In this document: positions 1 through 14,029 of the stretch, piece after piece
Numbering within the stretch: position 1 is the stretch's first letter
Layout of the letters: each line of letters opens with the position of its first letter
The notes under the pieces: model-generated
Databases searched by the model: none
The model's input: only the letters and a program-made list of their open reading frames with translations
What the model was told of the DNA's origin: nothing
Origin: Vicugna vicugna
Lineage: Eukaryota
Length of the DNA stretch: 64,000 bases
Direction of reading: 5' to 3'
Assembly: GCA_013265495.1 (NCBI GenBank)
Contig: MU058687.1
Coordinates: 3,660,001 to 3,724,000 of the forward strand
Made by a program: the position numbers and the translations under genes

Positions 1-24
1 GCTGATTTGTAAAAAAGTTGTTTT

Positions 25-180
25 CATGCATCATCTTATTCTGTCCTTGTAAACTATTGCCAGCTCTGTACAGATGAAGAAACTGAGACTCAAGTCTCAG
101 TCAAATTCCTTATTCAAGGTCACAGCTGAAAATCGGAGAAGGTGGGATTCAAACTCAGGTACCTCTGACTGGCAGCTGTA
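25..180 (-). mobile_element. MIR SINE fragment
   Basis: tacagatgaagaaactgagactc...caaggtcacagctg...ggattcaaactcagg core. Confidence 0.75.
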
Positions 181-639
181 TTTAGTCACCACAACAGGGG
201 AAGTTTGGGTGCCTGTGGGCCAGGGGAATTTTCTTCCACTTTTAGGGATGAGACAACTGCACACCAGGGAGTTTGATGTCTTCTCCATGCCCCCAGCCAG
301 AAAGTGGAGGGCGGTGCTGATACTCAGCTCTCCCAACCCCTGAGTGGGTTCCTCCTGCTCTAACTACTACCTTTGTCCGTGTCTGGTGGCCAAGAGGGGC
401 TGCTTGGCAGTGTCACCACCACCCAGGGGCCTACTTGCTACTATTTGGCACAAAGGATGCATTCCTAGTCTTAGGTGTGGGTCCTGTAAAAGGTAAATCA
501 GCTGAAAATAGACGCTGAGCACTGTTCTGGGTTAGGAATTATGCTAAGTTCCTCCGTGGAGGAACATGAGGTGAGTTGTTTGGTTCATTTCGGCAATGGG
601 AAATAATCACCCAAGAGTGCCAGGAACACTTGACCCCAC

Positions 640-910
640 CCCTCTTCTTGTTGTGCTAGGGAGAAAAGACCAATTAAACACTGTCCCTGCCCTAAAGGAA
701 TTCAAAGTCCAGGTGGGAAGACAGAACAATAAATACAACCGTACTATGTTGCAGTAGGACTCACTTACTCATTTACTAAGTCACTATGCGTTGAGTTTCT
801 ATGCAGGCCAGGTACCACAGCAGGTGCCGGGGGTACAGTGGTTAAAGGGCTGACAAGGACCCTTCCTCATGGGGCTTATTACATCTGGGTGGTGTAGAGG
901 GAAAGTGAGC
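640..910 (-). mobile_element. L2 fragments
   Basis: gtccctgccctaaaggaattcaaagtccag and cttcctcatggggcttattacatct, L2 3'-region motifs. Confidence 0.55.
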
Positions 911-1220
911 AAAGGAGTACTGAAACTCTGAGTACAAACTGGAATCAACCTGTGAAGGAGGGGTAGAGGGAGCTGTTCGCCCCAATGGGAGGTCCGTATT
1001 TGTTGTGTGCATTGGAGGAGGCTTCCCTATGGAGGAAATGCTTGGAACTGACGGATGAGTTGGAAGGTTCTGGTGGAGGCGGCCAGAGCTTATCAGAGGG
1101 GCACCAAGGAGGCCACCTAGGGAGTAGTGGTCAGGTGGTGACACTCCCCTGGTCTTGAAGGAGTCTGCTAAGGGATTCGGGACTGGAGCGTGTGGTATGG
1201 GCTGTGGGAGCTGTGGATCC

Positions 1221-1234
1221 TGTGCGCGTGCGAG

Positions 1235-1266
<32 letters not shown>

Positions 1267-1267
1267 T
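1221..1267. repeat. Compound (TG/CG)n-(CA)n alternating purine-pyrimidine microsatellite
   Basis: tgtgcgcgtgcgagcacacgcgcgcgcacacacacacacacacacata. Confidence 0.9.
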
Positions 1268-3599
1268 AACACATTTTGGCATCACTCTGTGTGATCTCAG
1301 AAGACCTTTCTGCTCCACCCACAGGAAGCTGAAGAAGTGTGCAGTTTGCTTCTGTCTCGAATGTCTGTTCTCTAGCTCTTTCCTTTGAACTCTGCCCACG
1401 GCTCTGCGAATGCCAGTGCCAGGATATCAGTTATCCAGTGGGCCTCGCCCTTGCCCAGCCAGCCCGCTTGCTCAGTGGCACCTGTGCATAATCGATACGG
1501 GAGGTGGCCACTGCTTTTAGCTGGGGTGCTGGAGAAGTCCTTCCACTTTTGTGGAGCTCAGCCTCACTCTGGCATTTATCCTCCCGTCCTGCCCCTCCTC
1601 CTCACTTCCTCTGGCTCCCACCTAGCTCTGGAAGGCTGCATGGCTGGATTTTGCAGGTGGGCTGCAGCTCCTGTGACTGCCCCAAACCCTATGTCCAGCA
1701 GCTGGAGAGGTGCTTGGTTGTGCCTCAGCTCAACCTAGAGAGTTCCTCGGCTACCGGTGGGCCGGGCCTTTCAAGTGACTTTTCCTCTTCCTGTTCTTGG
1801 TACTTCCAGGGCCTCTGACCACTTCTGAAGTGTCCAAGGTGTGGTAGACAAGCTGGCAAGAGAGGGTGTGAGTTCTCCTATTTACCTCCTGGTTGGGTAT
1901 CTACTAAGTGGGACAGTCTTCCTTCCCCCTCTCCTGGTGAGAAGAGCTGACACGCCCCTCCCTGGGGTACCCACGACCTGGCATTATCCCTCTCAGACAT
2001 TACTGGGGTCATTTCCTTCCCCTTGCCTCCTCCTCTCCTGCCCAGGTCAGGGAGGAAAGAGGATGGCTTCTAAAACACCTTCAAAATTGAGAGATGTGGT
2101 TGTCTCATCTGACACAGTCCCCCTCTATCTCATCCTATTGTCCATCTGAAAATATCTTCTAAGTTCTGACTGTATAGTTAAAGAAACATGACTCACCTTA
2201 CAGCTCTTCCAACCTAGAGCAAGGGACATCTGAAAATGGTTTCAGTTGAGGAATGAATATGACTGAGATTCAATCTGGCCCCTTTTTGAAAGCCCTGGGA
2301 CCAGACTCTACTCTTTACACTTATCCTGTGGCTGCTGTTCTGCTGGTTACAAACTTCAGGTCTTGACATAGCTCTGGGTGGGGAAGTGCTCTGCTGGGCT
2401 GGTTTCTGCCTGACAGGCGAATTTGGTTTTCTTCTTTTGTTCCCCTCCCTGCTCAGCCACACCCTCTTCTGAGCAAAGCTACCTTTGACCATCATCTCTG
2501 CTGAGTGGACAGCAGCCCTGCTTTGTATCCAGTGACCCTGCCCACCCTTACCCATAGCCATGGCTTTTTGTGCCAGGGGCTGCCAGTCACATCCTGGCCT
2601 ACGGTCTACAGCTTAAGAAAGATGAAGCAGGCTGAGGGTTCTGCTTCCTCAGGAGTTTGGAGATAGGACACTGAACTGGTAGTGGGGGTTCCTGAGCTCA
2701 AAAATCATGATTTAGCCCTAACTGAGGTTAGGAGATAGTGACCAGCAGAGAGGGAAGATGGAACATAAATGCCAAAAGCAAAGCACTGGGGCCATGAAGG
2801 AAAGGAAGAGGGGAAGGAGAGTGTAGCTCCTCCTTTGCTGATGGCTTTGTGGTCCCAGACAGCCCTGCTCCTCATATCTTCCCAACAAACGCTTATCCTA
2901 ACCATACTTGGAGGGAGCCTTTGTTTTTTGCAAGTCTAAGTTTTATTAAACAGTCCAAGTCCTCTGTGAGTTGTCCAGCACTTAGGTGAGGGCAACAGAA
3001 CAGACTTTCCTCAGTTGAATGGCTGGGAGTAGGGTTTAGAGTTGTTTTCACATCAGGTAGTCTCTAGTCAAACTTCAGATGACAGCTCATTTCTTGTAGT
3101 TTTGGGGAAATTCCTGGGAGATTCTTTAACTTGGTTTATAGCTGGCAGGGCCAGATGATGGGCAAGTCTTGGTCAAATGGTGACAGAGGAAAAAATCTTT
3201 GGCTGACCCATGGCTGTGGGATGGGGTTCCTGGCTCCAAGGAAAGTTCTAGTGACACCAGCAGTGGGAAGAGCATTGAGGTCAGCAGAAGCTTTTGTCAG
3301 AGCCTGTGCTGTGGCTTAAAATGGACCTGGATGAGAGGCCAAGAGGAACTACCTAGAACACTGCAAAAGAGGCCTCATGTAAGAGGAGCAAGTGCAGCAA
3401 CCGGAAGCCAGATCCTGGCCAGAGCAGCTGGAGGTTGGAGGAGGAGCGACTGGTGCCTGGGGGACCAGACAGGTGTCCAGCCATTGGGTCTGCAGGGGCC
3501 TGGTTGAATCTGAGGACTCCCAGTGGCCTTTGAAATGTGGCGGTTGAAGCCAGATGTCCTGCCTTCTGCTTTTCCTTAATCGTAACTGTGGTAAGAACA

Positions 3600-3800
3600 G
3601 CTAAACATTTCATAGGCTTAAAAAAAAATTCCTTAAACAGAGCTGTAATGTAGGTATCATTATTTTCCAGTTTTACAGATGAGGAAATGGGGGTGTAGAA
3701 AACTTACTGACTTTCCTAAGGCCACATGGCTAGCTTGAGCCGAACGGACAGACCATGGATTCTGGCCTCTGGCCACACAGCCATGCTCTTAAGCCTACTC
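3600..3800 (-). mobile_element. MIR SINE
   Basis: ttttacagatgaggaaatggggg...cctaaggccacatggctag. Confidence 0.7.
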
Positions 3801-4533
3801 TGCTACTTTACTGGTTAATATGCACCCTGGAACCTCAGGTGGGGTTCCATTTCCTTGCTTTGGCTGTGTTCCACTGAGCAACCCAGTGTCTCAGGAGGTT
3901 TGCCAAGCCCTGGAGGCTGGAAGACACCTGTTGATGTGAGCAGCTGCTTTGCCCTTTCTGAAGTGGAGGCAACCTGACCTGCTCTGAGTCAGAGAGGGAC
4001 TCAATACATTATGTAGGAGTGGCTGTCCCCTGGAGTGATGTCATAGACTTTTGTACCTGTAGCAGGAGAGTGCCAGTTGCTTCTGGAAATGAAACAAAGC
4101 CCTGCAACTTGGAGATGGGTGGAGGAGACCAAGTGTGTGTGCTGACTTGAAGGTCCCCTACCCACTCTGGATTGTGATAACCCCTAGGGTTCAACAGTCC
4201 CTGACAAAGCTGGTACAATGGAGGCATCTCAGCAGTTGTGGCTGAAAACCTCCCGCTGGTTCATCTGCTCTGTCTGGATTGGGGGGAACTTGTACAGCAC
4301 AACGGCAGGCGATCTTGGGAAGGAGGCCAGCCTGAATCTTCAGCCATCTGTTAATGGGGCAATAGATTATGTTGTAGCACGAGCAAGTCACCAAATTGGG
4401 CAGAACCATCAGATAAAGTTGTAGCCGTGGGAGGAGACTGAGCAAGTGTGTATTAGCTGTGGATGTGCAGCTTGGGGGATGGAGTGGGGCCTGTTAAAAT
4501 GTTAATGTCAGTCTTAACAGTGACACTCAAGTA

Positions 4534-4702
4534 CATGGTTCTCAAAGTGATCCCACCGTCACCTGGGAACTAATGTGAAATACACATTCTCAGGTCCTGT
4601 CCTGGATTTCCTGAGTCTGAAACTCTGGGATTGGGGCCCAGCAAGCTGCATTTTAAAACACCTTCCAGGCAATGGTGATGCATGCTAATGGTTGAGAACC
4701 AC
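4534..4702. mobile_element. MER5A-like hAT-Charlie MITE
   Basis: Terminal inverted tggttctcaa...ttgagaacca; internal tcacctgggaac, tctgaaactctgggattggggcccagcaa. Confidence 0.8.
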
Positions 4703-7700
4703 ATCTGTAAACTAGGGTGAGTAAACTGTGGGATCCTAGACAGAGCCTGAAGCTCTCAGGCTGAGAAAACCTTGAACTTGCTGGTTTCATGTTGTCTAAT
4801 GAAAAATATACTTAATAAATCCTCTTTGGAGTAGTTCTCCAATGATTCAGGCAGAGTTCCCCATGGTCCAGCTACTGTGGAGCTTCCACCAGCTACCACC
4901 CTTGTCACACAAAAATCCTTCAGTGGGCTTGAGCGGGAGGAGATCTATGGTTGATAATGGGTGTTTCCTTAAGGTGGTCCGGTACAGTTGAATGAGAACC
5001 TGCACTGGGGTTCTGGCCCTACCTGGCGTTAGTCTCATGGGCTGTGGCATGCCTCTTTCTGGCTCTTGGACTCAGGCTCTTCATCTGTGAAGTGAGGATA
5101 GATTTGGAACTCTCTAAGGTCCTTTGCGGTGACAGTCCACAGTTCTCAGAGATGTCCCAGGAAAAGGCCATGGTTACGTCACGCTGGAAACAGAAGTGTT
5201 GATGCTGTCATATTTTAAGCATTAATATTGGAAGCGACAGCCTGCTGACCATCTGGAAGAATCTCCCAGGGTTGCCAAAGGCCCTGGACCCTGATTTGAG
5301 AACTGCATTTTAGGACAGGTGCCTCATTAATAGAAATGACTTCCCGAGAATGTAGTCAAATAGCCTCTCTGACTTAGTACCACGCTACATTCTCTACACT
5401 GTCAAGTCTTTTGAGCAGAGAGGTCAGTCTACACAAAAGAGTCAGTCCTCCAGCCCCAGGCTTCCTTCCATCTGACCCCTCTGGGGCTTGCAGATCTGAT
5501 GGCTTCTGCTGGGTGACTTGAACAGATATGTGTGCCGAGCCCTGGAGCTCAAGCTTTTCTTTGCGAGGAAGGCAGTGGGAACACCCAGCTTGCAAGCGTC
5601 TGTCCTGCCTTGGCTGAAGACACTGTTCAGGCATGGGGGTGGTGGTGAAGGAGTGAGAAGCCGGGGGTGGGAGCAGGGGGAGCCTGCCTCGAGGACGGCT
5701 TGTACTCCCATAGCTTTCACGGGACTTTGGCGTCAGAGGGAGAGAACACGTACAAATCTGCTGCAATTGACCTTTTAAGCCAAACCAACTTGTATGTTTG
5801 CTACATGAAGGGGCTTCTGACAAGTCGGGCTGGAGGCAGAAGGTGGTGGAGAAAGGAGAAATATCGCTGCCTTGGGAAGGGAGATTATGGGCTGGTGAGA
5901 GATGGAGCAGCAGGCAGAGCCAGAGAGGCGGTGACGTTGTCAGGCACTCCGACACGCTGCTCTTCCATCTTCTCAGCGGAGGTGCATCTGAAGTGTGGCT
6001 CCAGGGCTGCAAGAGCAAAGTGCAACTGAGCACGCACCACTGAAACCTCTCTCTGAGGGAGGTCACCGGGGCAGAAATGGGTTACAGTGACCAGGGCCAC
6101 TTAAAGTCCATTTCAGGCTTGGGCCTTGACCAGGGGAAGGATAGGCGATTGATTCAGATACAGCTCTGAGTGGAAGCAGTGGGGTTGGGAGAAACGCCCA
6201 CAGCCCTCCACACCCCTCCCCCCCCACACACCTTTTAGCCCTTCTGGACTGTTTTCTCCACCATTACCTTGGGAGGTGTGCTGCTGCTGCGGGTGAGCCT
6301 CGTCACAGCTTCTAGGATCTGGGAGCAGAGTGCCATCCCGGGTGAAGCAGGACGGGAAACAAAAGGATGTGTGATTTGAGACTTGCGTGACTCCATTTCC
6401 CTGCCTGAAAATGCAGGGGACACCTGTTCTTGTCTACAGCCAGAAAGGATTTGACAGAACTTTTAAAATTAAAAAGATTATGAAATGAAGGAAATTTAAA
6501 CCAGCCTCTGTGAAAGGACTTTGTGGATTCCCTGTCGTTTAAAGATGTTGCAGCATTATGGTTTCTGTTTCTAGGGATGGCAAGAGTAAAATGATGTGAC
6601 ATTTGTCAAGTGCTTGGGCTAATTGTAGCCAGAATGTGCCACTGGGGGGCTCCCCTGGGAGGTCACCTGTCATGGCTGAAAGGTGGGGAGACTAGGGTAG
6701 AGGGTGAAGAGGAGGTTCAACTAGATAACCTTAAAGTCCCTCCTAACTCTTAACTCTAGGATTCTTGGGAAAGATAAATGACAGTGATGGACCTTCTTGT
6801 TCCATGTGTGTTGATCAAGTGGGTTAAATAGATCCTTTATATCAAGCCCAGTCCCCTACTAACACCCAGAGAGGGAAGACTTGGATGCTGGGATGGGAAG
6901 CATGCCTTTTTCAGGGACAAAAGCAAGAGAGGGGAATGGAACCAATTTCCAAGTACCATGTGTGTTATTTAATTTAATCATTACAATAATCCAATGGGCT
7001 AGATGGGATTGCTCTTCTCCATGTTCCAGAAGAGGGCATGGAGGTGCAGAAACAGCCAAACACTCGCATATAGTTGCACATCCAGCAAGTGGAGACATCC
7101 GATACACAGCCGTGGTCTGCGCGATGACCTCCCGCTCTACCTCCCTGGGTGGGTTGGGGGCTTGTTGTCCCTTTGAAGATATTTGTGAAGAAGCTGTGGG
7201 CATGCTAAGCTTCCTGCCTGAGTCCCTGTACCTTTCTTTTTACACGTGAGATGTTTCCTGTCATATCTGTGTCCCGAGAGAGAGGGCTTTCTGAGAAGTG
7301 CTGAAACGGCTTTCTGGAGTGGCACTTGCCCTGGGGGGCTTGGAGTTATGAGCTACTGGGCAGGTGTGAGGCACCAGCCAGGTGAGCTGTGGGAGGCTCT
7401 GTTTCTGAGAGAGGCCTCTCCTCTCTGCTTCAGCCTCGCCCTGCGAGAAGTGAGGCGTCCTGGGGCCTGGGGAGAATTAATTGCTCACTGCTGGCGTCTT
7501 GGACCTGGATAAAGTGTTCTCCCCATGCTACTGTTTCGGGGCTAGACGTCAACGACTTGTAGCCCAGCATTTGGCTGCAGCTCCCAAGTCTGATTGTCTC
7601 TTTGATCCCAGTCTTGCTCAGTGGCTTGGCTCAGTGTCAGAACTGGGTGGAAATGTCACAGGGTCACTTTCTAGTTGTTGTTTTTCTTCTTTTCCCTCTT

Positions 7701-7789
7701 GGCTACAGTCAAAGGCAGAGAGGTTGAGAAAGGAGATGTGGTGACTTGGACTGACCGCCTCAGAGTTTGGAAACCAAGTTAATTTTGTT

Positions 7790-8900
7790 TTCCTTTTTCA
7801 CTAATTTGATGATTTTAAAATTACACACAGTATTTTATGTAGTACTAATAGTACACAATTAGTACTGAAAACTTTAAAAACTCAGAAAAGCACAGAGGCC
7901 AAAGCAAAAAAAAAAAAAAAAAAAAAAACAAAAAACCAAAACAAAACTATTTTCCCACCACACACCACTAGGTACGTTTTGGTGCAGATTCTCCCAGGGG
8001 TGTGTGTGTGGGGGGGATACACTTATTTTTTATTTTTCACAGAAATGAAACAACTGTGTGTGTTTTTTCTGCTTTTAATGTTATAATGGAAGTGTATTAC
8101 TATGTCAATAAATATTCTTAAAGCTTTTATTTAAAAGGTTGTAAGGATATAAATATTTTATTATATAAATGTAACAATTTACCTCTTTCTCTATTGTTAG
8201 GTATTTAGACCCTACATTTTCTATAATTAGAAATATTACTATTTCTCCCTCTAAAGTTTAGGCCATATTACCATTCTATCTGCAGTACATGAAAATAAAC
8301 ATTTTCTAATAGTCTTATGGTATATTTTTGCTAATCTTTGCCTCTCTGATAGGACCAAAGGAGAAAAAAAAGCGGTTTCATTGTTTCAACCTTAAGCAGT
8401 TCTGCTGCATGTGAGCATGTGTAGATGGGTTTGTTGGGACTGTAAGGGGAAAAAGGTGTCAGCATCTCAGTTTAATTTTCTTTATTTGCCTCCTTTGATT
8501 TTTTCCTTTGCCAACATAACATAAAAATACTAAATCTCTACCATAAGGAAAGAGGTATATATAAATATCTTACAAAGGATACTTGTCACAGTTTTATTTA
8601 TAAAAGCAAAAAATTGAAATAGTCTAAGTATTAAAAATGAGAAATCAGTTAAATTAATGGTGATAATGGAATACTATGCAATCATTAAATTAATTTAATG
8701 GCATAGGGAAAAATCAGGCCACAAAATACTATGTACATTATGATCTCGATTAAATAATATGTTCATAGTAGAAAGGCTGTAAAGGTGAATCTTAATCATT
8801 CCTAAATGGTATAATTATACTTTCCCCCTATGTTTTCAAAAGTTTTTAACAGGTGCATGTATTACTATTGTAATCATATACAGAACAGATGTTAGCGAGT
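7790..8900. mobile_element. AT-rich decayed L1M fragments, with poly(A) at ~7907-7928
   Basis: Sharp AT-rich shift; L1 3'UTR motifs such as aatggaatactatgcaatcattaaa. Confidence 0.55.
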
Positions 8901-9949
8901 AAACTCTAAAATGTTATACATGGAAATAAAGAGCTTTGAGTAACTGGATTCTGGGTCACTTAGACTTTCCCAAGGACTTCGTGGGTTATTGAGCCCTTTT
9001 ACATTCTTTGAGGCTGTGGGGGCTCTTTGGAAGTTTATAGGATCATTTTATAACAGGGGCTTCTAATGAGGCTAGAGTCAAAGCAGGGAGTTTCTGTCTT
9101 TTCTTTCACCCTTTGCATAGACTTGGGGACCCAAGGTGGTGTGGGGGCAAAGAACCTATTTATAATATCCATAACCCTGGAATACAGGTTATGTAGGACA
9201 TGTCATCCAAGGCACCAGTGGGTCTCACGACCGTTGGGTTAAGGTTTAGAAATTGAATGGCAGGGAATGCCGGAATATTGATGCCTAAATGTCATCTGGA
9301 GGGATTGATTTGGTTGTGTTTGTGTATTTCTGATAGTGACAAGTATACTGGGGACAGAATCCTATGCTAGTCCCCTCACTCACTGATGAGGAAATGGAGG
9401 TCTAGAAGGATTAAGTCACTTCCCCAAGACAGTGTCTTTTTTATCCCATCACGATGTTGCTCTGGGATGGTGCAATATATTGTGTGTTGGGTATGTCTGG
9501 TTGGTTGAGATGATTCGCTGTATACTTGGGTGGTTCTGAAGACTTGAAGTTGCTTCGTTAGAGTTTGGATGAAAGAGGATTTTTAAAAAAAATACTCTGA
9601 GTCATAGGATTGGGCGTATGGGGAGGGCAGTGGTGGTCTTTTCTCATAATATGATAATTATCAGATGACATTCAAGGGAGGAGGAAATATTGAACTTAGT
9701 AGTGAAGGGAGGTGAACTAGGAGAGCCGGCAGAAAGATGAATCACCAGTAGAATGGATTTATTTTCCCTAGACTTGGGTTTCCATGTGGAGATGCCCTTA
9801 TTTTCTGAGTTGTAGGCACTCAATGGCATGGGATTTTCTCCTGTTATGTCTTTTCATCCTGGGTGAATAAGGAGAACTCTGAGAACTGAAAATTTCATTC
9901 ACCTTTTTGACTCAAAGCTCTATGGTGGCTTCCCTTGTTTGTCTTTGTC

Positions 9950-10410
9950 TCTGAGTATGAAGACGCTGAGTTCACTTTGGGCATCATTATTCAACTCTGA
10001 GGGTCTGTCCAGAGCAGGCAGTGGTTAGGGGGAACATGACTGAAGTTTCTGGCCAGAGAGGAGCTTTCAAAACAAGTGAAGTGTACAGTAGAAGAAAAGG
10101 TAACTGAGGGAATGAGCAGGGCATGACAGCTACCTTCAAATATGTCTGGAGCTGTCACAAGGAGAAAAGAATAAACTTATTCTGTGTGACTTCTACAAGC
10201 AGAGCTGTGATTGATGAATTCCAAGATGTAATGGGGAGACCCATTTCAGCTCAATATAAGGAAGACCTTTCTAGCAGGTAGAACCTCCTAACAGTGGTCA
10301 GTGGAACAATGGGAGTGTCCAGGAGAGCCTCTAGATGTCAGTCAGAGGAGACCTGCACTGGGTGGGAGGTTGTTCTGGATGACCACTAAGGGCCATTCCA
10401 AGTCTGTTCT
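9950..10410 (+). mobile_element. L3/CR1 LINE 3' region
   Basis: cttcaaatatgtctggagctgtcac...tttcagctcaatataaggaagacctttct...ggatgaccactaagggccattccaagtct. Confidence 0.7.
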
Positions 10411-10454
10411 TCTAAAACTCAGTGTTTCTATGTCTACCTGCTGGCTATATTGTC

Positions 10455-11280
10455 TATTCATCACTCACTGTTAATTAAGCATTTATTATGCTTGTCTTAT
10501 GTTCTGTTAGATGTTAGAGATATAATAGTGAACAAGATATAAGATCTCAGAGCTTTTCATCAGTTGAAGGAGTAAAAGGTAAAAAGATTATTGCAAGATA
10601 TAGGACCAACTTAGTAAGGTATAGGGTGCTAGGAGCTCACACAGAAAGTTTAGCTTTGGGTGAATCAGGGAGTCTTCCTGGAAAAATTGAGGTGGAAGAC
10701 CTAACAAATAATTATGACTTGGCTAGGCTAAGAGGGTAAAGAAAAATATTCCAGGTAGGGAGAATAGTGCAAAGGTGGAGAGACAGCAAATGCATTAGAG
10801 ATGCTGATTGTCGGGAGAGAGGTCAGTGATGAGAGGGGTGACGCCGATGAGGTCGGCAGGCAGACGATGAAGGATCCTGTCTGCCAGGTCAGAATTTGGA
10901 CTTCAGGTTGAAAACAACCAGAAATCATTGAAGAACTTGGAGGAAAGAAGCTGTGTTATCTGCCTCAATTTTTGGAAAGACCACTTTGGTTCCAGAATGA
11001 AGAGTGCGTTAGAGGGGACCAAGACTGGCTGCATAGAGACCAGAGTCTATCTCAGTAATTCAGGTGAAAGATGATGGTGGAATTAACCCACTGTAGTGGC
11101 AAATGAGGTTAGATAGGACTGGGCAGGTGGGAGGGAAACATTTATATTAAGGAACTGGAAGGTTGGGGGTGCATTGATTGAGACAGAGAAATTAGGAGAG
11201 ACAGCAGATTTGGGGGCTGCTGGAATGCTGATGAGTCCAGTTTTGGACACATTCAGTTTAAAGTGCCTGTGAGACACCCT
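10455..11280 (-). mobile_element. L2 LINE
   Basis: aagcatttattatgc...agttttggacacattcagtttaaagtgcctgtgagacaccc. Confidence 0.75.
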
Positions 11281-12202
11281 TTCTTCCCGATTCGTAAACT
11301 ACTCCAAAAAGGTTCATTTTTGTCACTGGCAGAGACATTGCAAGATCACTAAGTCCAAATTGTGGCTCAAAGGGATGTACGGAGACTTCTTCAAGGTAAT
11401 GCAGTGAGTTGGTCTACTGGCTTCTTTTCTCATTTCACCACATTGGACTTAAAAAAAAAACCCCTTATTCCGCTATAAATACCCCTTCTTTTTGATTCAT
11501 TTCTTCTCTGTGACCTTTAAGTTTCTGAGTTCTTTAGAGCCCTGCCACTCACCCTCTTCCCCTATAGTTTACCTCTTCTGTCTGTGTGATCTTATCTACT
11601 CCTGTGGTTTTCACCACTAGCCAAGGCTGGAGAGTTCCCTAATTGGTACTCCCAGCCTTGAACTCCCTCCTACACCTTAGGTCACGCATCCTGGTCCTTT
11701 CCTCCCACAGGCACATCAAAATCGACAGCTATGAAACCAATGGTGTTGGCTTCAGACCTGCATAGGCAACTGCCTACTGGTTCTTGAAGCTGAGAATCAA
11801 TAATAAGTTGAGATTTAAACTTGGCACACTCAAACCTGCTTTTCGTCTTTTCCTGCATATCTAAGTGGGCACATCCCCGTCTACCCAGGAATGTGAGCTG
11901 GAGGGGTGGGAGCCAGCTTTAATATCCATTTCTCCTCACCACATTAGGCATCACACCCCTTTGGTTCTACCTTTTCAGTATCTGTGGACTCCATCTGTTC
12001 TGCTGTGTCTTTCTTGCTGATGGACTGTCATCAGCTTCCAACTAGAACATTTTGGTGCCTTCTCAGGTTGGTCTCCCTACCATCCATTCTTTTCTCCCTC
12101 CATCTTCTCTTCCTCTCCCGCATATAGTAGGAAGGGTCTTCAGCAAACACAAACCTGATCACACCATCCTTGCATAAAGTATTTCCTTCTCTGAAAAGCT
12201 CT

Positions 12203-12336
12203 TCAGTGTAGCATAGGTAGCAGCTAAGAGCCTGGTCTCTGGAGTCTGACTGCCTGGGTTTGTATTCTGTTGACTGAGTTATTTTGGGCAGAATATCTAA
12301 CTTCTTGTTCCTCAATTTCCTGACAGATAAAATGGG

Positions 12337-12377
<41 letters not shown>

Positions 12378-12480
12378 TCTAATTCATAGGGTTGTTATAA
12401 GGATTAAATGAGTTAATATTTATGAAGTGCTTAAAACAGTGCTCATTACATAGTAAATACTACATAAGTCTTTGTTAAGT
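12203..12480 (+). mobile_element. Near full-length MIR
   Basis: gtctctggagtctgactgcctgggtttg...cctcaatttcctga...aaatgggg...catagggttgttataaggattaaatgagttaat. Confidence 0.85.
12338..12376. repeat. (AAT)13 microsatellite expanded inside the MIR
   Basis: Perfect aat repeat. Confidence 0.95.
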
Positions 12481-12835
12481 AAAATAAATACATAACTCCT
12501 TAGCTTGACATAGAGGCCTTTCAAAATTAGGCCACTGCTGACCTCTCCAAGTTCAGACTGTCAATCCTCCTCCCTTTGGCACTGTGCCTCCAGCAATACT
12601 CAACAATTTTCCATCTTTTATACCATTATGCTTTTCCTCGTGTTTCCTTTTATCCCTGGATTATTCCTCTTCCCTCTTCCTTCTAATCTCTCCTCCCCCT
12701 TATGAACCTTTGAATCTACTGTTCATCTTTTAAAATTCAGAACAAATGCTTCCTCTCTGAAGCCATCCCTATAACACTGGACAGAGAGAACACATCCTTC
12801 CCTGAGCTACTTTGATGCCTGGGCATATTTCATCC

Positions 12836-13070
12836 CAGTGGTTAGTCTGGAGGCTCTGGAGTGGGGCAGACATGATTCCAATTCTTGTTCAACTACTTAC
12901 AAGCTATCTGACCTTGGGCAAGTTACTTAACCTCTCTGAGCCTCATCCGTAAAATGAGAGTTATAAGTCACCTACATCTTAGGGCTATTGCGAGAATTAT
13001 ATGGCATTATGCATGCTACGGGCCTGGTCCAACTCTCAGCCCATGGTAAGCTCTCATCAAGTACTGTAGT
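12836..13070 (+). mobile_element. MIR SINE
   Basis: tgaccttgggcaagttacttaacctctctgagcctcatccgtaaaatg. Confidence 0.85.
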
Positions 13071-13689
13071 GTGTTTATGAATTTCCATTAATATAGGCAT
13101 TACGCTGTTGAATTTATTGTTTACTTATGTGTCTCCGTGAAGACTGGGGCCTTGTATACTCTTCTTTATAATCCCAGTATCTGCCCTGGTAGATGATCGT
13201 TAATAGTGATAGCTACCTGAACCCCTGGACCCAGACATTGGCCATCTCATTTGGGATGAAGTCACTGTCCTGGCCACCAGGAGGTTGGTTTTGTTTTCTT
13301 GATGGAGCCCATCTCAAGGAGGTGAGTCTGCACCTGAGAGGTGGCAAAATGTTCTAAACGGAGCAGATGGTGTGAAGGAAATTGTGATGGCTTGCCTGGA
13401 AGCTGTGTGTATGTGTGTGTTGAGGGGGGCGTAAGCAGAGAGGGGGGCCTGGAGACCTTGGTGGGCAAGACTGTACCAATTGTGGGAAGAAGAGGCAGAC
13501 AAAGCAGAGAAAGTCTGGAGAGCCTGAGGTAAGTGAGGTAGCAGCCAGGATGCATGTGTGCTTAGAGGCAGCTTTGGACTGGAAGATGTGGGGAAGGTCT
13601 GAGGGAGAATGCAGAACCAGATGGGCGTGCTTTCATGGGAGGCACGACTCCCTCACCCACTTTCCCATCTCTGCTCACATGCCTTGCTG

Positions 13690-13973
13690 AGAAGGGGGCT
13701 GCCTTCCCAGAGCCCCTTGTCTTAAATTGCATCCCACTCCTTCCAGACTCCTAATTCCTCCCTCCATGCTTAATTTTCTTCCAGAGTACTTATCACCAGA
13801 GGGTATGCTATTTGTTACTTTATGTATTTGCTTATTATCTCTCTCTCTCTCTGATAGAATTTATGATCCAGAAACACACGTTTCTTAATCTGTTCCACTG
13901 ATAAGTCACTAGCACCTGGAACATTTCCTGACACCTAACAAGTGCTTAATAAAAATTTGTTGAATGAATGAAT
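13690..13973 (+). mobile_element. L2 3' end
   Basis: Ends gtgcttaataaaaatttgttgaatgaatgaat. Confidence 0.8.
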
Positions 13974-14029
13974 CCCACCACACAAGGATAACTGTATTTG
14001 TATTTTTGTATTCAGTCATTTAGTACATA

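Larger units (their letters stand above)
11500..13210 (+). mobile_element. L2 LINE interrupted by two MIRs
   Basis: Pyrimidine-rich L2 segments ~11500-12200, ~12490-12830 and ~13080-13210. Confidence 0.6.

Noticed and set aside
5374..6066. 230-aa minus-strand ORF (also 842-1399, 46431-47021, 62985-63503 and the other short ORFs)
   Set aside because: No recognisable domains, many have non-ATG starts, and many overlap repeats or microsatellites. These are expected by chance in GC-moderate intron.
6638..6652. CTCF-like motif GCCACTGGGGGGCTC
   Set aside because: Single imperfect match; cannot be supported without ChIP data.
10333..10350. tag|ATGTCAGTCAGAGGAG resembling the start of the SS1 micro-exon
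   Set aside because: It is upstream of the start codon, inside an L3 repeat, and has no donor.
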